Source: an uncultured Clostridia bacterium (GTDB lineage Bacteria; Bacillota; Clostridia; Christensenellales; Borkfalkiaceae). Taken from it: 64,000 bases of DNA. Shown piece after piece: positions 35,215 to 44,657 of the stretch. The stretch covers positions 41,542-105,541 of the forward strand of contig CALVIN010000005.1 in the NCBI GenBank assembly GCA_944330115.1, in the 5' to 3' direction. A program made the translations under genes and the position numbers. Under the pieces are notes generated by a model. That model was not told where the DNA came from, searched no databases, and worked only from the letters and a program-made list of their open reading frames with translations. Positions within the stretch are counted from its first letter, which is position 1. Every line of letters begins with the position of its first letter.

Positions 35215-35246
35215 TAACTGTCTGAAACAGAAAGCACCTCAATCAA

Positions 35247-36365
35247 CTACCCGCATTTGGCGAATTGCAGGATATCGACGAGCACGGCGAAGGCGAGTAT
35301 TAGCACAAAGCCCGCCGCGTGAATGGCGGCTTCTATTTTGCGCGGGACGGGTTTGCCGCGCACCCACTCGATAAGGCAGAACACCACCTTGCTGCCATCG
35401 AGCGCGGGAATGGGCAGCAGGTTGAACACGGCGAGGTTTACGCCGATGTACGCCGCTATCTCCAAAAAGCCCTGCACGCTCTGCGAGGCGAGCTGCGAGG
35501 TGAGCTTTATTGTGGTGACCGGCCCGCCTATCGCGCCTATGCCGATATCGCCCGTGAGCAGTTCGCCGAGCACCGAAAATATGGTGCCCGCAATGCGCAG
35601 CGAATAGCCGAACGCGCGGCCTATACTCTCAAAAAAGGGGAAGCGGTAGCTTGCGGCCCCCACCTGCCAATAGGCGGCGCCGTCTTCGCGCACCTCGGTA
35701 TCCAGCCCGAGCGCGCCCCACAGGCGGGAGGTATCGGAAAAGTTTTCAAAGTTGCAGTCGCGGCGGAGTGTTACCGAAATTTCGGCAAGGGCGCCGCCGC
35801 GCACCACCAAAAAGTTGGCCGCCTCCCCCTCGGCGCGCCCCTCGAGCGCAGACATCAGATCGGAGGTGAGATACACGCCCTCCCCCTCCGCCTCCAGAAT
35901 GATATCGCCCGCCACAAAGCTGTTGGCGGCGTTGAAGCCCTCGGGATAGGTGACGCCGTCGATCCTTACCACCGTCTGCCCGAACGCGAGAAAGGAGATG
36001 ATAAGCAGCAGCACCGCCGTTATATAGTTGAACAGCGCGCCCGCGATCAGCACTATTATGCGCTGCCACGGCGGTTTTGAATTGAAGCTGTCGCGCTTTA
36101 ACAGCTCGTCTTCCTGCTCGCCCTCGAATGCGCAGTAGCCGCCGAGCGGTATGGCGCGCACGGAGAACAGCTCGCCCGAGCGCGACCTGCGCTTTATTAT
36201 GGCGGGGCCGAAGCCTATGGCGAACTCGTTTATTTTAAAACCGAGCGCCTTGCCGGCGGTGTAGTGCCCGAACTCGTGCACGGTTATCATGGCAAGAAGT
36301 ATGAGTATGGCGAGCGCCACCGCGCCCGCGGCGTTGAGTACGGCCGTGACCGAAAGCAGTTGCAA
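35247..36365 (-). CDS. rseP: RIP (site-2) zinc metalloprotease RseP/YluC-like
   Basis: HEFGH motif in TM1, a central PDZ-like region, a C-terminal LLPIPALDG motif. Confidence 0.85.
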   Translation of the reverse strand: MQLLSVTAVLNAAGAVALAILILLAMITVHEFGHYTAGKALGFKINEFAIGFGPAIIKRRSRSGELFSVRAIPLGGYCAFEGEQEDELLKRDSFNSKPPWQRIIVLIAGALFNYITAVLLLIISFLAFGQTVVRIDGVTYPEGFNAANSFVAGDIILEAEGEGVYLTSDLMSALEGRAEGEAANFLVVRGGALAEISVTLRRDCNFENFSDTSRLWGALGLDTEVREDGAAYWQVGAASYRFPFFESIGRAFGYSLRIAGTIFSVLGELLTGDIGIGAIGGPVTTIKLTSQLASQSVQGFLEIAAYIGVNLAVFNLLPIPALDGSKVVFCLIEWVRGKPVPRKIEAAIHAAGFVLILAFAVLVDILQFAKCG

Positions 36366-36529
36366 TGTGCCCCCTTTTTTATATAGTGATGAAGTAACAA
36401 CCCTATACTATTTGCGCGCCCGCGGCCTTAAGCTGCGGGCGCGCAAAAACATATTTTATGTAATATACGGCGCCGCGGCAAAATAATTACTTTTAAACGC
36501 ACCGCACGGCCGCAGCCGTACAAAAGCGC

Positions 36530-37675
36530 TTAAAGCGAGCGTATGGCCTCCTCTGCGCGCGCCCTGGCGAGGGCGTCGATATTGCACAGCTGCTCGTAGC
36601 TTATCACCTTTTCTGCCGCAAAGCCCTCGGTAACGCGGGCAATTACCGTATATATATCGGTGAACTTTATGCCGCCCGCAAGGAAGGCGTGCACGGCCAC
36701 TTCGCCCGCGGCGTTGAGGGCGCAGGGAAGTATGCCGCCCGCCCGCGCGCAGCTGCACGCCAGATCGAAGCAGGGGAACGTGCCCTTTTGCACGGGGGAA
36801 AACTCCAGCGTGAGCGCCTTGGAAATATCGAGCCCGGCGCCGCTCATTCCGGTGCGGCGGGGTGCGGTGAGCGCGAGCTGAATGGGCAGCTTCATAGTGG
36901 GGTGCGAGAGCTGGGCAAGTATTGCGCCGTCGCACAGCTCCACCATTGAGTGCACTATGCTCTGCGGGTGAATGAGGGCGGTTATTTTATCGTACTCCGC
37001 CCCGAACAGGTGGTGCGCCTCGATAATTTCAAAGCCCTTGTTGAGCATGGTGGCGCTGTCCACCGTTATCTTTGCGCCCATATTCCACGTGGGGTGGGCG
37101 AGCGCCATTGCGGGCGTAACGCCCTTGAGCTGCTCGGGCGTAAAATTTTTGAATGGCCCGCCGCTTGCCGTGATTATGAGCCTTTTGAAGGGCGCATGCA
37201 GATCGAACCCCAGGCACTGCCATATTGCCGAATGCTCGCTGTCTACCGGGCGGATGTCCGCGCCCGTGCGGGATGCGAGGGGCATTACGATATCGCCGCC
37301 GCAGACGAGCGTCTCTTTATTGGCGAGGGCGAGCGTTTTGCCCGCGCGAAGCGCCGCGAGCGAATATTTTAGCCCCGCAAAGCCGCTCGCTGCGACGAGC
37401 ACGACGTCGGCCTCTCCGAACTCGGCCGCGCGCAGCGCGCCCTCCTCTCCCGCGCAGAAGCGCGTATTTTTTGGTACTTCGGTCTTTTTGGCCGCCTCCT
37501 CGTTGGCAAGCGCGGCGTAATCAGGCCGCACCTGCGCGAGCTGCCGCGAAAAGAGCTTGTATGAGCTATTTGCCGCGAGCGCGACTATTCTGAACATATC
37601 GGGGCGGGCGAGCGCGACTTCTATCGCCTGCCTGCCTATGCTGCCAGTGCTGCCTATAAGAGCTATTTTTACCAT
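36530..37675 (-). CDS. dxr: 1-deoxy-D-xylulose-5-phosphate reductoisomerase
   Basis: MVKIALIGSTGSIGRQA..., PVDSEHSAI, HPTWNMG. The start is ATG 37675; the track ORF starts 27 codons upstream. Confidence 0.9.
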   Translation of the reverse strand: MVKIALIGSTGSIGRQAIEVALARPDMFRIVALAANSSYKLFSRQLAQVRPDYAALANEEAAKKTEVPKNTRFCAGEEGALRAAEFGEADVVLVAASGFAGLKYSLAALRAGKTLALANKETLVCGGDIVMPLASRTGADIRPVDSEHSAIWQCLGFDLHAPFKRLIITASGGPFKNFTPEQLKGVTPAMALAHPTWNMGAKITVDSATMLNKGFEIIEAHHLFGAEYDKITALIHPQSIVHSMVELCDGAILAQLSHPTMKLPIQLALTAPRRTGMSGAGLDISKALTLEFSPVQKGTFPCFDLACSCARAGGILPCALNAAGEVAVHAFLAGGIKFTDIYTVIARVTEGFAAEKVISYEQLCNIDALARARAEEAIRSL

Positions 37676-37850
37676 AACTGCTCCCGTATGCGTGCGGGGG
37701 GCGGTATTTTGCGGAGAGCCCGAAAAAGAGGGCCCGGCTAAAAATATTATACCCATACCCGCCGCGAATAATGACTTGAATGTGCTAAAAGTTGCCTTTG
37801 TAATTAAAAAATTTCCCGCCCGAACGGGCGGGAGCGATATAGAACTATGT

Positions 37851-38726
37851 TTATGCCATGAAGATAAAGGCGAGCAGCACGACTATGCCCGCAAAGAGGG
37901 TGCCGTCGAAGCGGTCGAGCATGCCGCCGTGGCCGGGCAGAAGTTTGCCCATATCCTTGATACCGCACTCGCGCTTTACGGCGCTTTCGAACAGGTCGCC
38001 GAACTGCGTTGCAACGGACGTGACGAGGCCGACGATTATCATCGCCACCACCTCGGGCATGGCCACCGAGAGCGAGGGCGTGCCGCCGAGCGCGATGAAG
38101 AGGTAGTATGCCGCGACTGCGCCCGCAATGCCGCCTATCACGCCGCCGACTGCGCCCACCACCGTTTTGTGGGGACTTACGACAGGAGCGAGCTTGAAGG
38201 GTATGAACCTGCCGAGCGCCATGCCGATGAGGTATGCGCCCGCGTCGGTGAAGGGCACGCACATGAACATGAATATTACGGCGAGCATGGAGTTGCCCTC
38301 TTCGGGCAGGTGGTTTACCGCCGAGAGCACCGCCGTGAGCAGCCCCGCATATACGAGGGTAAAGAGGCAGACGAGCGTGCTCTTCATATTTGAGCGGGCG
38401 TGGTCGGCCACAAACATCACGCACACCGCGAGGGCGCCCGTGCCGAGGGCTATTGCCGTGCCTGTCCAGCCGTCGGAGCCGATGAGATATACAAAGAGGG
38501 CATACATGGGCACGGCGAGCGTGCTGAAAGTTATTGTTACCGCCCTCTGCAGCGCAGACACGCCGCCGAAGGCGCGGATGAGTTCGAACGAACCTGTCGC
38601 GGCGACGATGCAGAAGAGCGCATCGAACAGCAGCGAGCCGTATCCGCGCGGTATGAGCCACTTTGCCGCGCACAGCGCGACGACTACGAGCACATACACC
38701 ACGCTCGTTAAAGTTCTTGCTTTCAT
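37851..38726 (-). CDS. cdsA: Phosphatidate cytidylyltransferase
   Basis: MKARTLTSVVYVLV... and C-terminal SAVKRECGIKDMGKLLPGHGGMLDRFD. The upstream part of the 547-aa track ORF overlaps uppS in another frame and is Arg-rich noise. Confidence 0.85.
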   Translation of the reverse strand: MKARTLTSVVYVLVVVALCAAKWLIPRGYGSLLFDALFCIVAATGSFELIRAFGGVSALQRAVTITFSTLAVPMYALFVYLIGSDGWTGTAIALGTGALAVCVMFVADHARSNMKSTLVCLFTLVYAGLLTAVLSAVNHLPEEGNSMLAVIFMFMCVPFTDAGAYLIGMALGRFIPFKLAPVVSPHKTVVGAVGGVIGGIAGAVAAYYLFIALGGTPSLSVAMPEVVAMIIVGLVTSVATQFGDLFESAVKRECGIKDMGKLLPGHGGMLDRFDGTLFAGIVVLLAFIFMA

Positions 38727-38863
38727 ACTATTCCTCGAAAGCGCCCCGCGGCGTTGCAAGCGCGGGGCACGAAATTTATTGTGTTTTTTAGCTGCCAAAA
38801 GCGGACTGCCGCAGCGCCGCCATAAAGCGGGCGCAGCGTTAAAATATTGCCGCCCTTTAAAAG

Positions 38864-39556
38864 CTATACCCTGCCGAAGCGGCGGTTGCGGCGCGCATAT
38901 TCGCGCAGCGCCCTGCCCAGTTCCTTTTCGTCGAAGTCGGGGAAGAGCGTATCGGTGAAATACAGCTCGGAATAGGCCGACTGCCACAGCAAAAAGTTTG
39001 AAAGGCGCAGTTCGCCGCCCGTCCTTATTATCATGTCGGGATCGGGTATGCCCCAGGTGTATAAAAAGCGCGAAAAATTTTCCTCGGTCACCTTCCCGCC
39101 CATCTCGGCGGCAAGATTTGCGGCGCGCACTATCTCGGCGCGGCCGCCGTAGTTTACGGCAAACACGAGGTGAAAAGCGGCGTCCTTTTTTGAACGGGCG
39201 CACACGGCGGTCATCTTTTCGGCCACGTCCTGAGGGAGCGCCGAAAGGTCGCCTATTATGCGTATCTCCACGTCGCTCTCGACGAGCCGCGGGGCGTATT
39301 CCTCGAAATACCTGCGGAAGAGGACGTATAAGCCGTCGAGCTCCTCCTGCGGGCGGGAGAGATTTTCGGTTGAGAGGGCATAGAGGGTGAGATACTTTAT
39401 GCCTGCGGCGCGCACGGAGTCGACAAGTTTTACTATGCGCTTCATGCCGGCGTCGTGGCCGAGAGAGCGGGGCAAAAAGCGCCGCTTGGCCCACCTGCCG
39501 TTGCCGTCCATTATTATGCCCAGATTAACGGGCAGAACACCGGGAGCGCTCTGCAT
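38864..39556 (-). CDS. uppS: Isoprenyl transferase (undecaprenyl-diphosphate synthase)
   Basis: IIMDGNGRWAKRR...RTGGELRLSNFLLWQSAYSELYF. Confidence 0.9.
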   Translation of the reverse strand: MQSAPGVLPVNLGIIMDGNGRWAKRRFLPRSLGHDAGMKRIVKLVDSVRAAGIKYLTLYALSTENLSRPQEELDGLYVLFRRYFEEYAPRLVESDVEIRIIGDLSALPQDVAEKMTAVCARSKKDAAFHLVFAVNYGGRAEIVRAANLAAEMGGKVTEENFSRFLYTWGIPDPDMIIRTGGELRLSNFLLWQSAYSELYFTDTLFPDFDEKELGRALREYARRNRRFGRV

Positions 39557-39557
39557 A

Positions 39558-40130
39558 TCAGACGGTCATTATTTCCTTTTCTTTTTCGGATACGACGGCG
39601 TCGGTCTTGGCAACGGCCTCGGAGACCTGCTTTTCGACGTCCTTTTCGTATGCCGAGAATTCGTCCTCGGAGATGGACTTGTCGTTTTTGAGCTTTTTGA
39701 GGGCGTCCATCGCCTCGCGGCGGACGTTGCGCTCTGCAACCTTTGCATCCTCGCCCATCTTTCTTATCTTTTTAACGAGCTCCTTCCTGCGCTCCTCGGT
39801 GAGTTCGGGGAACACGAGACGGATGACCTTGCCGTCGTTGGTGGGCGTGAGGCCGATATCCGATACGAGTATTGCCTTTTCCATCGCCTTTAAAACTGAA
39901 ATGTCATAGGGTGCTACAACAAGGCACCTGCCCTCCTGCACGGAGATACTCGCGGCCTGGTAGATGGGCGTTGCGGCGCCGTAATAATCGAAGGTCACTC
40001 TGTCGAGAATGTGAGGGTTCGCGCGGCCGGCGCGTATTACGGAGTAGTCCCCTTCTAAAACGCTCACCGTTTTTGAGAGCTTGTCGTCGAGAACGAGCAT
40101 TATTTCTTCTACCTGTTCGTTATCTATCAT
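39558..40130 (-). CDS. frr: Ribosome recycling factor
   Basis: RAGRANPHILDRVTFDYYGA...LTEERRKELVK. Confidence 0.9.
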   Translation of the reverse strand: MIDNEQVEEIMLVLDDKLSKTVSVLEGDYSVIRAGRANPHILDRVTFDYYGAATPIYQAASISVQEGRCLVVAPYDISVLKAMEKAILVSDIGLTPTNDGKVIRLVFPELTEERRKELVKKIRKMGEDAKVAERNVRREAMDALKKLKNDKSISEDEFSAYEKDVEKQVSEAVAKTDAVVSEKEKEIMTV

Positions 40131-40141
40131 GATATTTCTCC

Positions 40142-40852
40142 TTAATTATTATCTATAAGCGTGCCGATCTTTTCTCCGCACACGGCTTTTACTATCGAAT
40201 TTTCCTCGTCCAGACCGAAGGCGAGGACGGGTATGTTGTTTTCCATGCACATGGTGGCGGCGGTGGCGTCCATGGCCTTTATGCCGTTTTTGATTATGTC
40301 CATGTAGTTTAAGTGGTCATACTTCTTTGCGGCGGGGTTGAGCTTGGGGTCGCTGTCGTATATGCCGTCGATATTCTTGGCCATAAGCAGCACGTTTGCC
40401 TGAATTTCGCACGCGCGCTGCGCGGCGGCCGTATCGGTGGAGCAATAGGGGTTGCCCGTGCCGCAGGCCATTATAACTACCCTGCCCTTTTCGAAGTGGT
40501 GCAGCGCCTTGCGCAGAATGTAGGGCTCGGCGACGGAAGTCATTATGAGCGCCGTCTGTACCCTGGTGGGTATGCCGCGCTGCTCGATGGCGTCCATCAT
40601 GGCGAGCGAGTTCATTACCGTGGCGAGCATGCCCATCTGGTCGGCCGTGGTGCGCTCCATGTGCGTACCCTGCCTGCCGCGCCAGAAGTTGCCGCCTCCT
40701 ATAACGAGAGCCACCTCTACGTTCATCTTTTTTATGGCGACTATCTGGTCGACGACGCGGGCTATCACGTTTTCATCGAGGCCGTGCCCCGCGGGGCCGG
40801 CGAGCGCCTCGCCCGAAAGTTTTATGAGCACTCTTTTGTATTTGGGCTGCAT
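40142..40852 (-). CDS. pyrH: UMP kinase
   Basis: YKRVLIKLSGEAL...VIGGGNFWRG...TGNPYCSTDTAAA. Confidence 0.9.
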   Translation of the reverse strand: MQPKYKRVLIKLSGEALAGPAGHGLDENVIARVVDQIVAIKKMNVEVALVIGGGNFWRGRQGTHMERTTADQMGMLATVMNSLAMMDAIEQRGIPTRVQTALIMTSVAEPYILRKALHHFEKGRVVIMACGTGNPYCSTDTAAAQRACEIQANVLLMAKNIDGIYDSDPKLNPAAKKYDHLNYMDIIKNGIKAMDATAATMCMENNIPVLAFGLDEENSIVKAVCGEKIGTLIDNN

Positions 40853-41010
40853 TGCTGTTTTTCACCTCCGCAAAATGATCCGCAGGTGTAATTATAGCAT
40901 ACTCCCGCCAAAATTTCAATACCTATCATACAAATACTTTGCAAACTTATGCCGGGAGAAGATAAAATTTTTATAAAAAAGGGCCGGACAAAATATCCGG
41001 CCGCAAAAGC

Positions 41011-41580
41011 TCAACGTGAAAGCGCGGCCGCACGCACTTCGTCGGCCTGCTTTAAGCACTCCTCCACCTTTTTGCTGTATACATCCACGCCGAAGCCGGG
41101 GTTTGCGGCATCGTCGAGGATATCTATGCGGCGCAGCCGCCAGCTCTCGCGCAGGCAGCTCCACACCACCACGAGCACGGCGCCCGCAACGGCGCAGCCC
41201 CAGCCGGCGAGCGACACGGCGAGGTTGGGCGCGAACAGCCCTGCCACCACCAGCGCAACACCCGCCGCCATGGCGGCTATGCCCGCGATTAAAATGGCGG
41301 CAAGTTTTATTTTGCGCTTTTTCTTCTCGCCGTCGGGCGCGCCCGCGGCGGCGCGGGCCTCGCTGCACAGTTCGTCGACCTCGGCCTCGAGCTCGGCGAG
41401 TTTTGCATAGGAGGGGTCGTCCTTGTCGCGCTCAAAATTTATGGTAGAATACATCTTGCCCCCTTCTTCGCTCTCGCTTACGGAGGAGACGGTGTATCCC
41501 AGCCTGAAGTATCTGTCGATATATGCGTCCTTATATACGCTTTCAAGTTTTATCTGCTTGGTCTCTGTATTCACTGACAT
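41011..41580 (-). CDS. Hypothetical membrane protein (soluble N-domain, Lys-rich linker, two TM helices)
   Basis: The start is ATG 41580 (MSVNTETKQIKLESVYKD...) with a GGGAGAG SD; the track ORF starts 41 codons upstream. TM region: LAAILIAGIAAMAAGVALVVAGLF. Confidence 0.45.
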   Translation of the reverse strand: MSVNTETKQIKLESVYKDAYIDRYFRLGYTVSSVSESEEGGKMYSTINFERDKDDPSYAKLAELEAEVDELCSEARAAAGAPDGEKKKRKIKLAAILIAGIAAMAAGVALVVAGLFAPNLAVSLAGWGCAVAGAVLVVVWSCLRESWRLRRIDILDDAANPGFGVDVYSKKVEECLKQADEVRAAALSR

Positions 41581-41792
41581 ACTCTCCCGCCGCCGCAAAG
41601 TGCCGCGGCAGCCGAAGGCAGAGCGGCAAAAATTATGCCGTGCGGCGCACAGGGCACCGCGATTTCTGCTTATTCTATTAAGATTATAGCACCGAAAAGG
41701 CAAAAATACAACAAAATTTTGTTATCGGCGCCGTATAAGTGCAAGCGGCGCGGGAAAAGATGCCCGCGCCGCAAATTATTTTGCCTTTAATT

Positions 41793-42692
41793 TTAGTTCT
41801 TCTTCATAGCGGCAACCTGCTTTGCCACTTCTTCGGAGAGGTCTTCGCTCTTCTTTTCGATGCCCTCGCCCATTTCATAGCGGACAAACCTTGCAACCTT
41901 GAACTTGCTGCCGATAACTTCAGCAACGGTTTTGGAATCATCCTTTACGAAGGGCTGGAGCATGAGGCAGTTTTCGGAATAGAACTTGCCGAGCTTGCCC
42001 ATTACTATCTTTTCGAGTATCTCCTTGGGCTTCTTGGCGTTCTTTTCGTCGTTCTGCATCTGAACGAGCATTATCTCCTTTTCCTTTTCGATGACGTCTG
42101 CGGGAACCTCGTCCTTGGTTATATAGGAGGGACGGGATGCAGCTATCTGAAGGGCTACGTCGTGGAGAGTCTCTTCGCTGCCTGCGGCCACGTCTACGGC
42201 GTCTACCATAACGCCTACCTTGCCGCCCATGTGGATATAGGTTTCGATCTTGCCCTCGGTCTCATAGATGGCAAACCTGCGGAGGGAGATCTTTTCGCCG
42301 ATGACTGCCGTCTGCGCGGTGATAAAATCTTTCACCGTGCCGCCCTCTGCGGGGCAGGCGAGAAGGGCGTCTACGTCGGCGGGCTTGTTGTCGGCCGCGA
42401 TCTTGGCAACGGTATCGACTATGCCGTGGAACTTATCGCCCTTGGAGACGAAGTCGGATTCGCAGTTGATCTCTACGAGCACGCCGGTGTTGCCGCTTAC
42501 ATATGCGCCTACAACGCCCTCTGCGGCGATGCGGCCCTCTTTTTTAACTGCCTTGGCTATGCCGCGCTCGCGGAGGAGCTCTGCGGCCTTTTCCATATCG
42601 CCGTCAGCATCCTGCAATGCCTTTTTGCAGTCGAGCATGCCGGCGCCGCTCTTTTCGCGGAGAGTCATAACGTCTTTAGCTGTGAATGCCAT
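41793..42692 (-). CDS. tsf: Translation elongation factor Ts
   Basis: TAKDVMTLREKSGAGMLDCKKAL... Confidence 0.95.
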   Translation of the reverse strand: MAFTAKDVMTLREKSGAGMLDCKKALQDADGDMEKAAELLRERGIAKAVKKEGRIAAEGVVGAYVSGNTGVLVEINCESDFVSKGDKFHGIVDTVAKIAADNKPADVDALLACPAEGGTVKDFITAQTAVIGEKISLRRFAIYETEGKIETYIHMGGKVGVMVDAVDVAAGSEETLHDVALQIAASRPSYITKDEVPADVIEKEKEIMLVQMQNDEKNAKKPKEILEKIVMGKLGKFYSENCLMLQPFVKDDSKTVAEVIGSKFKVARFVRYEMGEGIEKKSEDLSEEVAKQVAAMKKN

Positions 42693-42714
42693 AATTTTTG
42701 ATCCTCACTTAAAA

Positions 42715-43470
42715 TTATTCTGCGCTCTCTTCGGCAGCCTCTGCTGCCTCTGCGCCCTCTGCCGCGGGCTGCTCCTCTGCAGGAGTTTCGCCCTGGTTTG
42801 CCTCGATGACTGCGTTGGCTATTACGGACGCGATGAGCTTTATTGCCCTTATTGCGTCGTCGTTGCCGGGGATGACGTAGTCTATAAGGTCGGGATCGCA
42901 GTTGGTATCGGTGATGGCGATGATGGGTATGTTGAGCTTGCGGGCCTCGGCTACGGCGATGTCCTCGTTGTGGGGATCCACTACGAACATCATGCCGGGA
43001 AGCTTGGTCATGTTGCGGATGCCGTTGAGGTTGGTCTGAAGCTTAGCCATCTCCTCCTTGAGCTTTGCAACTTCCTTTTTGGGAAGAAGGTCGAACTCGC
43101 CGGTCTCCTCCATCTTCTCGAGCTTGGTCATGCGGTCGATGCGCGAGCGGATGGTTTTGAAGTTGGTGAGGGTGCCGCCCAGCCAGCGGGAATTTACATA
43201 GAACTGGCCGCAGCGCTCTGCCTCTTCCTTGATGGCCTCCTGAGCCTGCTTTTTGGTACCTACAAAGAGGATGGTCTTGCCCTCTTTAACGCTCTCTACA
43301 ACGTAGTTGTATGCCTGCTCGATGAGGCCTACAGTGAGCTGAAGGTCGATGATGTGAATGTCGTTGCGTGCAGCATAGATGTAGCGGGCCATTTTGGGGT
43401 TCCACTTTCTCGTCTGGTGGCCGAAATGAACGCCCGCTTCGAGAAGCTGCTTCATGGTGATAACTGCCAT
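42715..43470 (-). CDS. rpsB: 30S ribosomal protein S2
   Basis: [22 protein letters not shown]... Confidence 0.95.
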   Translation of the reverse strand: MAVITMKQLLEAGVHFGHQTRKWNPKMARYIYAARNDIHIIDLQLTVGLIEQAYNYVVESVKEGKTILFVGTKKQAQEAIKEEAERCGQFYVNSRWLGGTLTNFKTIRSRIDRMTKLEKMEETGEFDLLPKKEVAKLKEEMAKLQTNLNGIRNMTKLPGMMFVVDPHNEDIAVAEARKLNIPIIAITDTNCDPDLIDYVIPGNDDAIRAIKLIASVIANAVIEANQGETPAEEQPAAEGAEAAEAAEESAE

Positions 43471-43602
43471 TTTAAATTCCTCCGTTTAACCTCCCCGCAG
43501 ACGCCGCAGTGCGTTTTTTCGCTTGCGCTTACGGCCGCATTGAAAAAATTTTACGGCCACGGAGCGCGGGCTCTGCGAGTGTGAATTTTTTATAGCTTGA
43601 AT

Positions 43603-43631
43603 ATTTTATCAAAAAATTTATTTGTTGTAAA
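43603..43631 (-). promoter_or_regulatory. Putative rpsB-tsf promoter
   Basis: Minus strand: TTTACA, 17 nt, TGaTAAAAT. Confidence 0.5.
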
Positions 43632-43731
43632 GCAAAAACACGCCATAAATGCAGTATAGCATCAGCATTTTTAAATATGCCGCTCGGGCGGGCCGTACAC
43701 GCTCGGCTGACCCTGCCATATTGCCGCGCGA

Positions 43732-43885
43732 GGTGAAACCCCTCCGTCACGCTCCGTTATACTGCGCGTGCCACCTCCCCTCGAAGGGGAGGTAATATAG
43801 AAAGGAGACGAGGGGAGGCGCGGCCTCGAAGGGGAGGTAAATATAGAAAGGACGCGTACCCAAAGGGGAGGTGAATACAGAAAAG
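43732..43885 (+). repeat. GC-rich hairpin repeat (long variant) followed by about 3 degenerate tandem GAAGGGGAGGTAAATATAGAAAGGA units
   Basis: GTGAAACCCCTCCGTCACGCTCCGTTATACTGCGCGTGCCACCTCCCCTCGAAGGGGAGGT, then repeats at about 43783, 43826 and 43861. Confidence 0.85.
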
Positions 43886-44010
43886 AAAACGAGGGAGAGC
43901 GCCTGCGCGATTTTTGTTAAAAAGTTTTAAAATGTGTTTACGCGGGTATAAATATAATAGAACCTATTGGCGAATAACCTATTGGTACACAACCTATTTG
44001 GAGGTAGGAT

Positions 44011-44487
44011 ATGAGCGAAGAAAAGAAGCCCGAAGTTGAGGGCGAAAACGCAGGCGAAAATAAGGCCGAAGAACCCAAAAAAGAGGGAAAATTTTCCAGC
44101 TTTTTTAAGAAGATGGGGCAGAAAATAGACGATGCGGCGTATGACTCGCGCCTTTCATCCGACTTCAACAAAAAGCACCCCGAATATCACGTTTATACGG
44201 GCACGGGCGTGTTTGCTTCCAGCCCCGATGTGTATGTTGAGGAACACCTCGACGGCGAGGAGAAGTACGTTGTGGCGTACGGCACCGACGAAAACATAAA
44301 GGCGGGCTGCCTTATAAAGAAGGACAACAGCGCCACAGTCTATCACATAGCCGAGGTGACGCCCGCAACGCTCACCGTTGAATTTGAGGGCAAGACCAAC
44401 GAAAAGCCCGCCCAGAAGATAGTTTTGGGCGAAGAGGCCGAAAAGGTCGCCGTTATAAAGGTGGGCGACGAATTTTATAAAGTTTAA
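44011..44487 (+). CDS. Hypothetical protein (acidic/Lys-rich N-terminus, beta-rich C-domain)
   Basis: 158-aa ORF. GGAGGT SD 6 nt upstream of the ATG. No family recognised. Confidence 0.5.
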   Translation: MSEEKKPEVEGENAGENKAEEPKKEGKFSSFFKKMGQKIDDAAYDSRLSSDFNKKHPEYHVYTGTGVFASSPDVYVEEHLDGEEKYVVAYGTDENIKAGCLIKKDNSATVYHIAEVTPATLTVEFEGKTNEKPAQKIVLGEEAEKVAVIKVGDEFYKV

Positions 44488-44495
44488 ACATCCGC

Positions 44496-44618
44496 AAAAA
44501 ATCAAAAAATAATTAAAAAATCAAAAAATAATTAAATTTAATTTAATTTTATTTAATTTTATTTAATTTAAAAAATAATTAAATAATTTAATTAAATAAT
44601 TTACCGTAAAATATTTAA
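44496..44618. repeat. A/T-only tract between a stop codon and a bidirectional terminator
   Basis: atcaaaaaataattaaaa x2, then atttaatttt x2, then aataatttaattaaat... Confidence 0.9.
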
Positions 44619-44656
44619 AACGGGCTGCCCGCAAATTAGGGCGGCCCGTTTTTTTA
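44619..44656. terminator. Bidirectional intrinsic terminator
   Basis: AACGGGCTGCCC-gcaaatta-GGGCGGCCCGTT, with a T7 run on plus and a T-rich flank on minus. Confidence 0.75.
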
Positions 44657-44657
44657 T

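Noticed and set aside
38727-39494. N-terminal 256 aa of the 547-aa track ORF upstream of cdsA
   Set aside because: It overlaps uppS in a different frame and is extremely Arg-rich. A good SD and ATG at 38726 give a normal-length CdsA.
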